Below the pieces are notes generated by a model that was not told the origin of the DNA, did no database searches, and worked only from the letters and a program-made list of their open reading frames with translations. This document shows, one piece after another, positions 17,331-25,604 of a DNA stretch of 58,296 nucleotides; the stretch's first letter is position 1, and every line of letters starts with the position of its first letter. This DNA is from Thermoplasmata archaeon (GTDB lineage: Archaea; Thermoplasmatota; Thermoplasmata; RBG-16-68-12; EA-27): positions 1-58,296 of the forward strand of contig DATEUK010000007.1 in assembly GCA_035283165.1 (NCBI GenBank). The letters are read 5' to 3'. The translations under genes and the position numbers were made by a program.

Positions 17331-18101
17331 CTACCGCGCGGACGCTGACACCCGCTCGATTTCCTCTTTCTTCGCAATCGCGGAGCTCGCCATGTCCCCG
17401 CGCGCCGCTGCCAGAATCTCCTGCGCAAGGAACTGGGCGATCGGCTCGAACCCCCTCTCCTTCTCGAGGGTCTTCTTCGACGCGCCGCTCTTGAACGTCG
17501 ACAGGACCGCGCCGTTGGACAGGTTCCGTAGCGCGACATCGAGCCGCCTCCCGGGCGCGATGTCCACCGCGCGGGGCACGGAGATGCCGCCGAACCGGAG
17601 ACGGGTGATCTCCTCGCGCGGCGCCGCCTTCTCGAGCGCGTCCACGAGGACCTGCACGGGATTCTTCTTCGCCTGCTCCTCGATGATCGTGAACGCCTGC
17701 GTCACGATCTTGATCGCCTTGCTCTTCTTCCCCGTGTACAGCTCGAACCGCATCATGTTGTTGATCAGCCGCTCGACAATGTTCGTCTTGCCCTTGCCGA
17801 ACGGCTTGTTCGCGTGGCGGCCGGCCGTGTGCGGGATCACGATCGGAGAGAGGTTGATGTACCGATCGAGGCCCTTGTCGTGGACCACGACCTCGCTCGT
17901 GTCCCATCGCTCGAACAGGCGGAGCTGGTAGGAGGGTTTCTTCTTCGCGGGCTTCTTCCTCGGCCGCTCGGGCGCGGGCGCCTCCCCCTCCGGTGCCGCG
18001 AGCGGGGACACGCCCTCCGGTGGCGGCGGCGCGGATTCCGGCGGCGAGGGCGTGCCTTCCGGCGGGGGCGGTCCTTCCGGGTCCGGGGCCTCGTCCGCCA
18101 T
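17331..18101 (-). CDS. rps7: 30S ribosomal protein uS7 with a ~60-aa Pro/Glu/Ala-rich N-terminal extension
   Basis: Core motifs RLINNMMR, KKSKAIKIV, GGISVPRAVDIAP and AIAKKEEIERVSASAR. The N-terminus reads [30 protein letters not shown]. The ATG overlaps the S12 stop (TGATG). Confidence 0.93.
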   Translation of the reverse strand: MADEAPDPEGPPPPEGTPSPPESAPPPPEGVSPLAAPEGEAPAPERPRKKPAKKKPSYQLRLFERWDTSEVVVHDKGLDRYINLSPIVIPHTAGRHANKPFGKGKTNIVERLINNMMRFELYTGKKSKAIKIVTQAFTIIEEQAKKNPVQVLVDALEKAAPREEITRLRFGGISVPRAVDIAPGRRLDVALRNLSNGAVLSTFKSGASKKTLEKERGFEPIAQFLAQEILAAARGDMASSAIAKKEEIERVSASAR

Positions 18102-18529
18102 CAGCGCACCGGCTTCTCCTGACGTCCCCGGACGAGTTCGTCCAAGGACACGTTGTTGACCTTGATGACCTTGTACCGCACGCCGGGGATGTCCCCGTAG
18201 GACCGGCCCATGCGACCTCCGATCCCCTCCACGAGGACCTCATCGTGCTCGTCGATGAAGTTGATCGCGCCGTCCCCGACGGCGAATGCCGTGATCTGGC
18301 GGCCGTTCTTGATCAGCTGCACCTTGACGCACTTGCGGAGTGCGGAGTTCGGCTGCTTCGCCTCGATCGCGACCTTCTCCAGGACGATGCCGCGGGCCTG
18401 CGCGGCGCCCTCGAGGGGGTCCGACTTCTCCTTCAGGTGGAGCACGCGGCGCTTGTAGTACCGGTCCGCCCAGCGGGCGTCCTGGCGGTCCTTCCGGAGC
18501 TTCCTGGCGGCGTGGAGACCTTGGGGCAA
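18101..18529 (-). CDS. rps12: 30S ribosomal protein uS12
   Basis: [44 protein letters not shown]...[19 protein letters not shown] chose TTG at 18529 because it is preceded by GGTGA (18534-18538), which gives the normal ~142 aa. The track ORF extends to 18682. Confidence 0.9.
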   Translation of the reverse strand: MPQGLHAARKLRKDRQDARWADRYYKRRVLHLKEKSDPLEGAAQARGIVLEKVAIEAKQPNSALRKCVKVQLIKNGRQITAFAVGDGAINFIDEHDEVLVEGIGGRMGRSYGDIPGVRYKVIKVNNVSLDELVRGRQEKPVR

Positions 18530-18568
18530 CGATTCACCTGATGAGGGGTCGCGCTTAGGTCGAGGGGG

Positions 18569-18575
18569 TATAAAA
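18569..18575 (-). promoter_or_regulatory. TATA box of the S12-S7-EF2 transcription unit
   Basis: The minus strand reads GGTTTTATACC, ~40 nt upstream of the proposed TTG start. Confidence 0.4.
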
Positions 18576-18688
18576 CCCTTCCATGGCCGTCGTGCGGAAC
18601 TCCGGTGGGAGAGCACAGGGGTGGCGATCCCCCATCGAGGACTTGCCCAGCCTTGCCTGAGGCGGGAGACCAAGTCGAGCAAGGTCGA

Positions 18689-19267
18689 CTAGCGACGGAC
18701 GTACGCCGGCGGTGGGGGAGGGGGCGGGGGCACGGAGGCCGCGATGACCGAACTGCAGTAGGGGCAGACGGGGGTCTCCCCGACCAGGAACTGCCGCTGC
18801 ACGTTCGCGCCGCAGCGCGGGCACGCGCCTACGAACATCGATTGGCCGATCGCTTCGGGGACCACGAACTCGTTCGCCGCCCGATCGATGAAGCCGCGCA
18901 CGAGCCCCCGGTCCACCACGGTGACGAGCAGTTTTTCCGTCTCCATCTCACTCTTCCCGAGCTTCCGCGCGAGGTCCGCGAGGCCAATCCGGCGGTACGC
19001 CCGGACCCATCCGGAGAACTCCTCGAGCTCCTTTGCGAACGCGCGCGCCTTGAAGCCGCGCCAGATCAGGAGCGCCCCGGGCACGATGGCGACCCCCGTG
19101 CAGAAGGCTCCGACAATGAGGCTCTGCCCCGCCTCAAACGCGGGCGTGCCCCGGGGCGGGCTCATCGTGAGCACGATCGCCGTGAGGACCATGACGATGC
19201 CGCCGACGAGGAGCAGCGCGCCGAGTGTGAAGTACGTCTTGTCCTTCATCCGCACCCAAGTCGACAC
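18689..19267 (-). CDS. Hypothetical membrane protein: 2 TM spans, a winged-helix-like domain, a zinc ribbon and a poly-Pro tail
   Basis: TM spans FTLGALLLVGGIVMVLTAIVL and LIVGAFCTGVAIVPGALLIW. Then IGLADLARKLGKSEMETEKLLVTVVDRGLVRGFID, the ribbon CPRCG...CPYC, and the C-terminus VPPPPPPPPAYVRR. Confidence 0.65.
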   Translation of the reverse strand: MSTWVRMKDKTYFTLGALLLVGGIVMVLTAIVLTMSPPRGTPAFEAGQSLIVGAFCTGVAIVPGALLIWRGFKARAFAKELEEFSGWVRAYRRIGLADLARKLGKSEMETEKLLVTVVDRGLVRGFIDRAANEFVVPEAIGQSMFVGACPRCGANVQRQFLVGETPVCPYCSSVIAASVPPPPPPPPAYVRR

Positions 19268-19418
19268 GGGCCCCCCACGAAGAGATTGGGGCTACCCTAT
19301 TTCAAGGGATTGGCGGCCGGGTCGCACGACCAGGCCATGGGTTGGGCGCATCACTCCGAGACGGAAAAATCGCCACGCCTTGGACTCGCGTCCCCACGCC
19401 GCGGGCTCGCGGGTCAGC

Positions 19419-19529
19419 CTACTCCTCGAATTCCTCGGACTCCTCGTAGTCGCCGAGGATCGCCCCGCAGTTCGGGCACTCGTCGTCTCCCGGCTCCACG
19501 TCGAAGCCGCACTCCGGGCACCGGGCCAT
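19419..19529 (-). CDS. 36-aa zinc-ribbon protein (below the size cutoff of the supplied track)
   Basis: Hand translation gives MARCPECGFDVEPGDDECPNCGAILGDYEESEEFEE*. The pattern is CxxC-x12-CxxC. Of 35 sense codons after the ATG, 33 end in G/C, as in the real genes here. TATA-like GCTTTATGC lies ~35 nt upstream. Confidence 0.5.
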   Translation of the reverse strand: MARCPECGFDVEPGDDECPNCGAILGDYEESEEFEE

Positions 19530-19580
19530 CGCTGCCTCTCGCGAACGCCATCTGCGACGGAAGCATAAAGCGAACGGCGA

Positions 19581-21233
19581 TCAGAAGTCCGCGAGGTCCG
19601 CCTGCCCAGGCCGCCTCGGGCTGGGGACACTCTCCGGTTTCGGCCGCGTTCCGCGCAGACTGTCGATGCGTTTCGCCGGGTCTCCGGACACGAACGTCTC
19701 CCCCGTGGGGGTTCCGACGAAGATCCGCTGCCGTAGATCCTTGCGGAGACGGTCGAGTTCCGTGTGCATCTTCCGCTCCTTCCGTCGGGCGGAGTACAGG
19801 TACGCCTCGTCCCGGGTGTCCCTCGTGACGAGCACCGCCACGCGGCCCTCGTACCGCCGCCCGGTCCGCCCGCGCCGCTGGATCGTCCGGATCTCCGACG
19901 GGACCGGCTCGTAGAACACGACGAGGTCGACCTGCGGCACGTCCAGCCCCTCTTCCGCCACGGAGGTCGCGACGACCACGTTGTACTCCCCCGCGCGGAA
20001 CTTGTCGAGGATCTCCACCTGCTCCCTCTGGGTGAGCCCCACGTCTCCCGCGCGGGAGGCCTGGCCGACGAAGCGGACGGGGCGGACCCCGGGGAGCCGT
20101 GCCAGCTCCCGCTCCATGACCGTGGCCATGTCGCGGTAGTGCGTGAACAGGATCACGCGGGAGTCGGACTTCCTCATGAACTGGTCCCGCACCGCCCAGA
20201 CCGCACGGCGGACCTTGGGATGCTCCGGGTCCGCGCTCGACGCAAGCGCAAGGGCCTCCGCCACCTTCGGGTGGCCCAGGAACGCCTTGTCCGCGCGGGA
20301 ATCGCCGCCCGCGCGCACCCGCCCCACGTAGTTCGCGAGCGTCTCCAGCCCCTGGGTCTCCGCGAGTTCGATCGCATGGTTGATTTTCATCGCGAGCGCT
20401 TGGACCGTGGCGGCGCGGAACGTCTGTCCCGCCCGTCGGCCCGAGTCGAGCTCCGCGCGCACTTGGCGGCCGACCGCAAGGAGGTCCCGCGTCGTGGGCC
20501 GGGGTGCGGTCGTCAGATATCCGAGCCTGCGCAGGGACTCGACCTGCTCCTCGAGCGCGGCGCGCAACAGGTCTCGCATGCGGGCGGTCTCCCGGGGCAC
20601 GTCGACCGGGATCTTCTCCACCAGGATTCCATGCACGTAGGGGGCGACGTCGGGATCGAGCTCCGTGCGGATCTCGACGCCGGAGATCCCGAGGTTGCCG
20701 CACACCTCGAGGATCTTCTCGACCTGGCTCCCCGGGCTCGCGGTCATGCCGAGGACGAGGCCGCCGCGTTCCCGGTAGGCCGCCGCGACGTCCACGTAGG
20801 CGTAGTCCCCGACCGCCCGGTGCGCCTCGTCGAACACGACGAGGGACACCTCCTCCAGGGTGATGCGCTCATGCCGCAGGTCGTTCTCGACCACCTGGGG
20901 CGTGGAGCAGACGATCTTGCTGGCGCGCCACTCGAGCTCCCGGTCCTCCGGGGGCTTCTCCCCGGTGAACACGGCCACGTCCCCCGCGAGCAGCGCGTCC
21001 CGGAGGTAGGCGGCGTGCTGCTCCACGAGGGGCTTCGTGGGCGCGAGGAACAGGACGCGGCCCCCCCTCGAGCGGAGGATCTCCGCGATTACGAGGGCGG
21101 CGATGACGGTCTTGCCCATCCCGGTCGGAAGGACGACCAGGGTGGACCGCTCCAGGCACGCGCGCGCGATGTTCCCCTGGTACGCGCGGTCCTCGATCGC
21201 GCCGCGGCGGAGGAGGGGATGCTCCACGTGCAC
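19581..21233 (-). CDS. hef: Hef/FANCM-type SF2 helicase, helicase module only (no XPF-type nuclease domain)
   Basis: LPTGMGKT, VFDEAH, MTASPG, ATSVAEEGLDVP and QRRGRTGR. The 550-aa protein ends ...GQADLADF. Confidence 0.85.
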   Translation of the reverse strand: MHVEHPLLRRGAIEDRAYQGNIARACLERSTLVVLPTGMGKTVIAALVIAEILRSRGGRVLFLAPTKPLVEQHAAYLRDALLAGDVAVFTGEKPPEDRELEWRASKIVCSTPQVVENDLRHERITLEEVSLVVFDEAHRAVGDYAYVDVAAAYRERGGLVLGMTASPGSQVEKILEVCGNLGISGVEIRTELDPDVAPYVHGILVEKIPVDVPRETARMRDLLRAALEEQVESLRRLGYLTTAPRPTTRDLLAVGRQVRAELDSGRRAGQTFRAATVQALAMKINHAIELAETQGLETLANYVGRVRAGGDSRADKAFLGHPKVAEALALASSADPEHPKVRRAVWAVRDQFMRKSDSRVILFTHYRDMATVMERELARLPGVRPVRFVGQASRAGDVGLTQREQVEILDKFRAGEYNVVVATSVAEEGLDVPQVDLVVFYEPVPSEIRTIQRRGRTGRRYEGRVAVLVTRDTRDEAYLYSARRKERKMHTELDRLRKDLRQRIFVGTPTGETFVSGDPAKRIDSLRGTRPKPESVPSPRRPGQADLADF

Positions 21234-21335
21234 GGCCCCGCGAGGGGTCCGCGCCGATATAAGGTCGAGGACGGGAGGGGTGAATGTGGCGGCACTCCGA
21301 GCCGTTCACGCCCGCCCACGGCGCCCGAGGCTCCG

Positions 21336-24068
21336 TCACCACCGTCGATAGGTGCCCTTCTGCTTCTTCACCGCGTCGAGGATCACCGCGATCACGATCA
21401 CCGCCGCGAAGACGATCAGGAAGACGAACAGGTACTGGGTCAAGCCCGCGAGGCCGAACGGGTCGTTGATGATCGTGAGGGTGTCGAACGTCGCGGAGAT
21501 CGACGTGTTCAGGGTGCTGGAGGCCGTCACGGGGATGCTGTGCCGGGTCCCCCGCTGCGCGTCCCCGACCTGGAACCCGAGGAAGAGGTTCGCCTCCGAG
21601 TCCGGTCCCATGTCAATCAGGGCGGTGTCATACGCCTGCATGTACGACTGGTTGACGCCGATTGCCGCCGACCATCCGGTGGGCAGTGCGAGAGAGAACC
21701 TCACCCGTTCGTCCTCGTCCCCGACGTTCGCGAGTTTGAACCGGAAGAACGCGACCCCGCCGGGCTCGACGACGACCTCCGAGTTCACGGCGCGGGCGAC
21801 GAGTCCGCCGCGGAGCGGCGTTCGTGCCACGACGATGTCGTCGACCCACCACCCTCCCGTTCCCGTGAACACCCCCGACGAGGCGCTGAGTTGGACGACG
21901 AGCGTCGACGCCCCGACCGCCCATTGGGTCAGGTCCGCGTACACGAGCCCCCAGTCCGACTGCGCCCCGGTGAACTCCAATTCCTCCCGCGGCGTACCGT
22001 CCACAATGACGTTGAGATACGCGACGTCCGTCTCCGCCGAGCCGTTCAGCTCGACCCGGCCCCGCAGGTCATATCGATGCCATAAATAGAAGTAGAGCGG
22101 GCTGCCGGAGGCGAAGCTCACATCCACGGACGTCAGCGTGTGGAACTCCGGGCACAACACGCACAGTCCCGTCTGGGGGCCGAACTTCCATGCGTACGCT
22201 CCGCCGTGGCTCCCGCTCGTGTTGCCGTCTTGGACGATCTCCCAGCGGACCGGGTCGGACCCCGTGCCGTTGCGCGTCCAGCCCCGGTTCCCGGCCTCTA
22301 CGTCGTCGTGGAAGTAGTACGTGCCGGCGTTGATGTGGCCGAACATGAAGTTGTTCTCCGGGATCTCGTCGAGGGCCAGGGGCACGGAGGCCTCGAGGAT
22401 GTACTTCCCTTCCGACGCCAAGGGCACGGTCCACGAGAGGTTCCGGGCCTCCCCGCGACGGAGAGAGGCGACCGTCTGGTCGGAGCAGCAGACGACGGGC
22501 GAAGGGTACGCGTCGAGGTACACGTGGAGCCGGACGGCGAAGCCCTGCTGTTCCCGGGCGCCCCGGTTTCCGACGGTGATCGTCACGGCGGCGTTCCCGC
22601 CCACCGCCACGGCCCACGGGCGCTGGATGCCCATGACCACGAGGTCGTCGTCCACCTCGCGGGACAGGTCGGCGGTCATCGCGGCCCCGGACCCGGAGAT
22701 GTTCCGGACCTTCCAGCCCGTCCGCTGATTCGCATAGGAGTTCGAGTTCGGCGAGCTCTCCGGCCCGAACCCGTCCACAGTGCTCTCCCACGAGTCCGCA
22801 GCCTGCGTCGGCCGGTCGTTCCCGTCCGCCTCCTCGAGGTCCACGAGGCGGTGCGCGTCGTTCCCGTTTCCGGGGATCGCCTCGTCGATGTGCCAGATCA
22901 GCAACCCGGCACCGGGGAGCCCGCGATCGAAGCCGACCTGCTGGCGGTTTTCGATGACGAAGTACTCCTCAAGCCCGGTCGTCTGGATTGGAAGCTTGAA
23001 CACCTGGGGGATTGCGCCCCCGGGCGTCCTCGTCTCCGTTTGGTCGATGGCTTGTCCGAGGAGGGCGGACGTGACGGAATTCGGCTGTACCCACCCGAGC
23101 TTGACCTTGCTCCACGCGCTGAAGTGCGCGGGCATCGTCCCGCGGTTCTGCCCCGTCAGCGCGTTCCATGATCCGGTGCCCATGACGTCCCACTTCCCGA
23201 CCCCGTCAGTGATTCCGTCCGTGTCGTCCGTGTCGTAGAGGTCTGGGAGACCGAAGTCGTGGCCGAGCTCATGCACGAAGACGCCGAGGGGAGAAGACTC
23301 GGAGGTCATGATATACCCGTAGATTTGCACCCCGTCCGCCATGAGCCGCTGGTTCCCCGGGACCCCCGGGTCCGCGTCGACGACGGACCACCGGTGCGAC
23401 CAGATCTGGTTCGAGGACCCGCCTTCCTCCTGCGCGCCGCCCGCATGGACGACGATCAGGTGGTCGAGGACCCCGTCCCCGACCCCGCCGTCGCGGTCGA
23501 AGCTCGGGTTGGCAAAGTTCATGCCGGCGGAGTCCGCGGCCTGGACGGCCTCCACGACGAGGTCATAGATGGGACCGTTCGCGTCGTCGAAGGACGACGT
23601 GGAGCTGTCGGCGCCGTAGTAGGCCATGGAGCGGGTCGAGGAGAGCCAACTCGAAGCCGGAAACACCGTGCCCTGGAGGGCGAGCTGACCCCAGCTCGTC
23701 TCCGCGTAGAAGTCCGCCGCGCTGTCCGTCGGCCCGTTCATGAGCGCGCCGATCTGCGCGGACGACCCCGGGGCGCCCTGCACGTCCGTGAAATCGATCA
23801 TGAGGACCAGCACGTCCTGGGGGCCCGTGGCTGTGGGAGCGTTCGCGGCGCCTCGGGTGCCCGGCGGCGTCCCCGTCCATCCCGTCGGCTGCACGAAGGG
23901 CGCGCGGGGGTAGACGTCCGGGTTCGGGAGCATCAGGTGGGGCCCGTATGCCGCGGGGTCCGTGGCCGCGCGAGCGATCGCGGGGGCCCCGGTCGGAACC
24001 GGGAGGAGTGCGCCGACCGCGGGTGCGATTGCCGCCGCCGCCAAGAGGAGTGCGAGGACGCGACCCAT
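21336..24068 (-). CDS. Secreted, C-terminally membrane-anchored M6-family (InhA-like) metalloprotease with beta-sandwich domains
   Basis: Signal peptide MGRVLALLLAAAAIAPAVGA. Zinc site VFVHELGHDFGLPDLYD. Also FSAWSKVKLGWV. C-terminal TM span YLFVFLIVFAAVIVIAVIL followed by KKQK. Confidence 0.85.
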   Translation of the reverse strand: MGRVLALLLAAAAIAPAVGALLPVPTGAPAIARAATDPAAYGPHLMLPNPDVYPRAPFVQPTGWTGTPPGTRGAANAPTATGPQDVLVLMIDFTDVQGAPGSSAQIGALMNGPTDSAADFYAETSWGQLALQGTVFPASSWLSSTRSMAYYGADSSTSSFDDANGPIYDLVVEAVQAADSAGMNFANPSFDRDGGVGDGVLDHLIVVHAGGAQEEGGSSNQIWSHRWSVVDADPGVPGNQRLMADGVQIYGYIMTSESSPLGVFVHELGHDFGLPDLYDTDDTDGITDGVGKWDVMGTGSWNALTGQNRGTMPAHFSAWSKVKLGWVQPNSVTSALLGQAIDQTETRTPGGAIPQVFKLPIQTTGLEEYFVIENRQQVGFDRGLPGAGLLIWHIDEAIPGNGNDAHRLVDLEEADGNDRPTQAADSWESTVDGFGPESSPNSNSYANQRTGWKVRNISGSGAAMTADLSREVDDDLVVMGIQRPWAVAVGGNAAVTITVGNRGAREQQGFAVRLHVYLDAYPSPVVCCSDQTVASLRRGEARNLSWTVPLASEGKYILEASVPLALDEIPENNFMFGHINAGTYYFHDDVEAGNRGWTRNGTGSDPVRWEIVQDGNTSGSHGGAYAWKFGPQTGLCVLCPEFHTLTSVDVSFASGSPLYFYLWHRYDLRGRVELNGSAETDVAYLNVIVDGTPREELEFTGAQSDWGLVYADLTQWAVGASTLVVQLSASSGVFTGTGGWWVDDIVVARTPLRGGLVARAVNSEVVVEPGGVAFFRFKLANVGDEDERVRFSLALPTGWSAAIGVNQSYMQAYDTALIDMGPDSEANLFLGFQVGDAQRGTRHSIPVTASSTLNTSISATFDTLTIINDPFGLAGLTQYLFVFLIVFAAVIVIAVILDAVKKQKGTYRRW

Positions 24069-24202
24069 GGATTCTCGGAGTCACGAATGCGCCGCGGTCT
24101 TACTTAAAGGTTCATCCGCACGTGTCCCGACCTGATAACGGACGGGTGGATGGGCCGGGCACTCCCACGAAATGTACTTCCGTGGCGGTCCGCACCCCGC
24201 GT

Positions 24203-25474
24203 TCACAGCGTCGCCTTGAGGAACATCTCCGGCTTCGCGGTCAGGGGTCGCGTCGCGTCGATCCCCATCTTGGCGGTGGTCTCGCCGGCGCTCGGGTCGA
24301 TCGACGAGCCCCGGACGCCCGTGAGGACCACGAGCCCACGGTCCGCCTGGAAGCGTGTGGCCACCGCCCACTCGACCTCGCGGTCATCCCAGACGTTCAC
24401 GTCCGCGTCGACGACGGTCACGTGCTTGAGGCTCGTGTGGGACGCGAACGCCGCCATGATCGCGTTCTTGCCGTCGCCGTCCGTGTGCTTCTCGATCGCG
24501 ACGACCGCATGGAGCCACGCGCAGCCGCCCTCCGTGAGCCGCACCCCCGCGACGCGCGGCACGACCTTCGAGACCCCGTCGCGGATCACGGGCTCGCGCG
24601 GCATGCCCATGAAGTTGAAGTGCTCGTCGCTCCCGCCGAGGATCATGTGGAAGATCGGGTCCTGGCGGTGATACACCCGTTCGAACTCCACGACGGGCTC
24701 CTGCCGCACGCGATCGTACGTGAGCACCGCGTCCACGAACGGTCCCTCATCGTGCGTTTCCCCGGTGAGGCGCCCCTCGAGCACGTACTCGGCGTCGGCG
24801 GGGACCGTGAGCCCGTTCTTCAGCTTCACGCACTCGACCGGCTGGCCGAGCGTCCGCCGCTTCAGGGAGGACGCGATGCGGGATTCATCGACGCCGTACT
24901 CCACGCTCGTGCCGCCGCCGATCAGCAGCCAAGGGTCGAGGCCGATGCAGACGGCCACCTTCAGCTCCTGACCCGCCGCCTGCGCCTGGCCGTGCATCGT
25001 GCGCAGATGGCGCGGCACGATCCGGGCGACGCCGCGCCGTGCGTCGAGGAGGAGGATCCGGTGGAAGCTCAGGTTCCGCTTCCCCTCCCATTCCGCGACC
25101 CACACGCCGGCCGTGATGTACCGGCCGGCGTCCTTCGGGTAGAACTTCGGGACGGGGGAGTCCCGGAGGTCGAAGTCCGTGCTCTCGTTCGCGGAGAAGT
25201 CCGCGTGGTCCACGAGGCGGACGTCCTCCGGGTGGCGCTGGGAGTCCCCCACGGCGTCGAGGAGGCCTTCCTCCGGGATCGTCATCGCGCGCGCGATCCG
25301 GGCCCGGCTGGCCCACAGGCCGCCGACGCCCTCATACCCGTCGAGGTCGCGGAAGTGGACCGGGGCGCGAGGGTTCGCGAGCAGATGGCGGGTCACCTCG
25401 AGTTCGCGGCTCACCGGTGCATCGATCGTGACCACGTCGTCCCGGAACGTCTCCAGCCATTCGCGAACCGCCAT
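24203..25474 (-). CDS. UbiD-family (prenyl-FMN dependent) decarboxylase
   Basis: ATG 25474 lies inside track ORF 24203..25888. It reads MAVREWLETFRDDVVTIDAPVSRELEVT..., with NLSFHRILLL, EGPFVD and VVDADVNVWDDREVEWAVATRFQ. 423 aa. Confidence 0.85.
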   Translation of the reverse strand: MAVREWLETFRDDVVTIDAPVSRELEVTRHLLANPRAPVHFRDLDGYEGVGGLWASRARIARAMTIPEEGLLDAVGDSQRHPEDVRLVDHADFSANESTDFDLRDSPVPKFYPKDAGRYITAGVWVAEWEGKRNLSFHRILLLDARRGVARIVPRHLRTMHGQAQAAGQELKVAVCIGLDPWLLIGGGTSVEYGVDESRIASSLKRRTLGQPVECVKLKNGLTVPADAEYVLEGRLTGETHDEGPFVDAVLTYDRVRQEPVVEFERVYHRQDPIFHMILGGSDEHFNFMGMPREPVIRDGVSKVVPRVAGVRLTEGGCAWLHAVVAIEKHTDGDGKNAIMAAFASHTSLKHVTVVDADVNVWDDREVEWAVATRFQADRGLVVLTGVRGSSIDPSAGETTAKMGIDATRPLTAKPEMFLKATL

Positions 25475-25604
25475 GGGAGGACCCGAGCGCGGAAGGGGGG
25501 CGCGGTATTTGGCGGTGCCGCCGGGGGGGATGCACGGCGCCTTGGGGCCGCCCAAAGGCTTTTCGTCCGACCGGACATTGGAATCGAACGTGCCCCAGGC
25601 GACG

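Noticed and set aside
19414-22085. Long ORFs 19414..20703(-), 19764..22085(+) and 20869..21342(-) across the Hef and M6 protease genes.
   Set aside because: They have Arg/Pro/Gly-rich shadow composition. The Hef frame carries all helicase motifs and the M6 frame carries HExxH.
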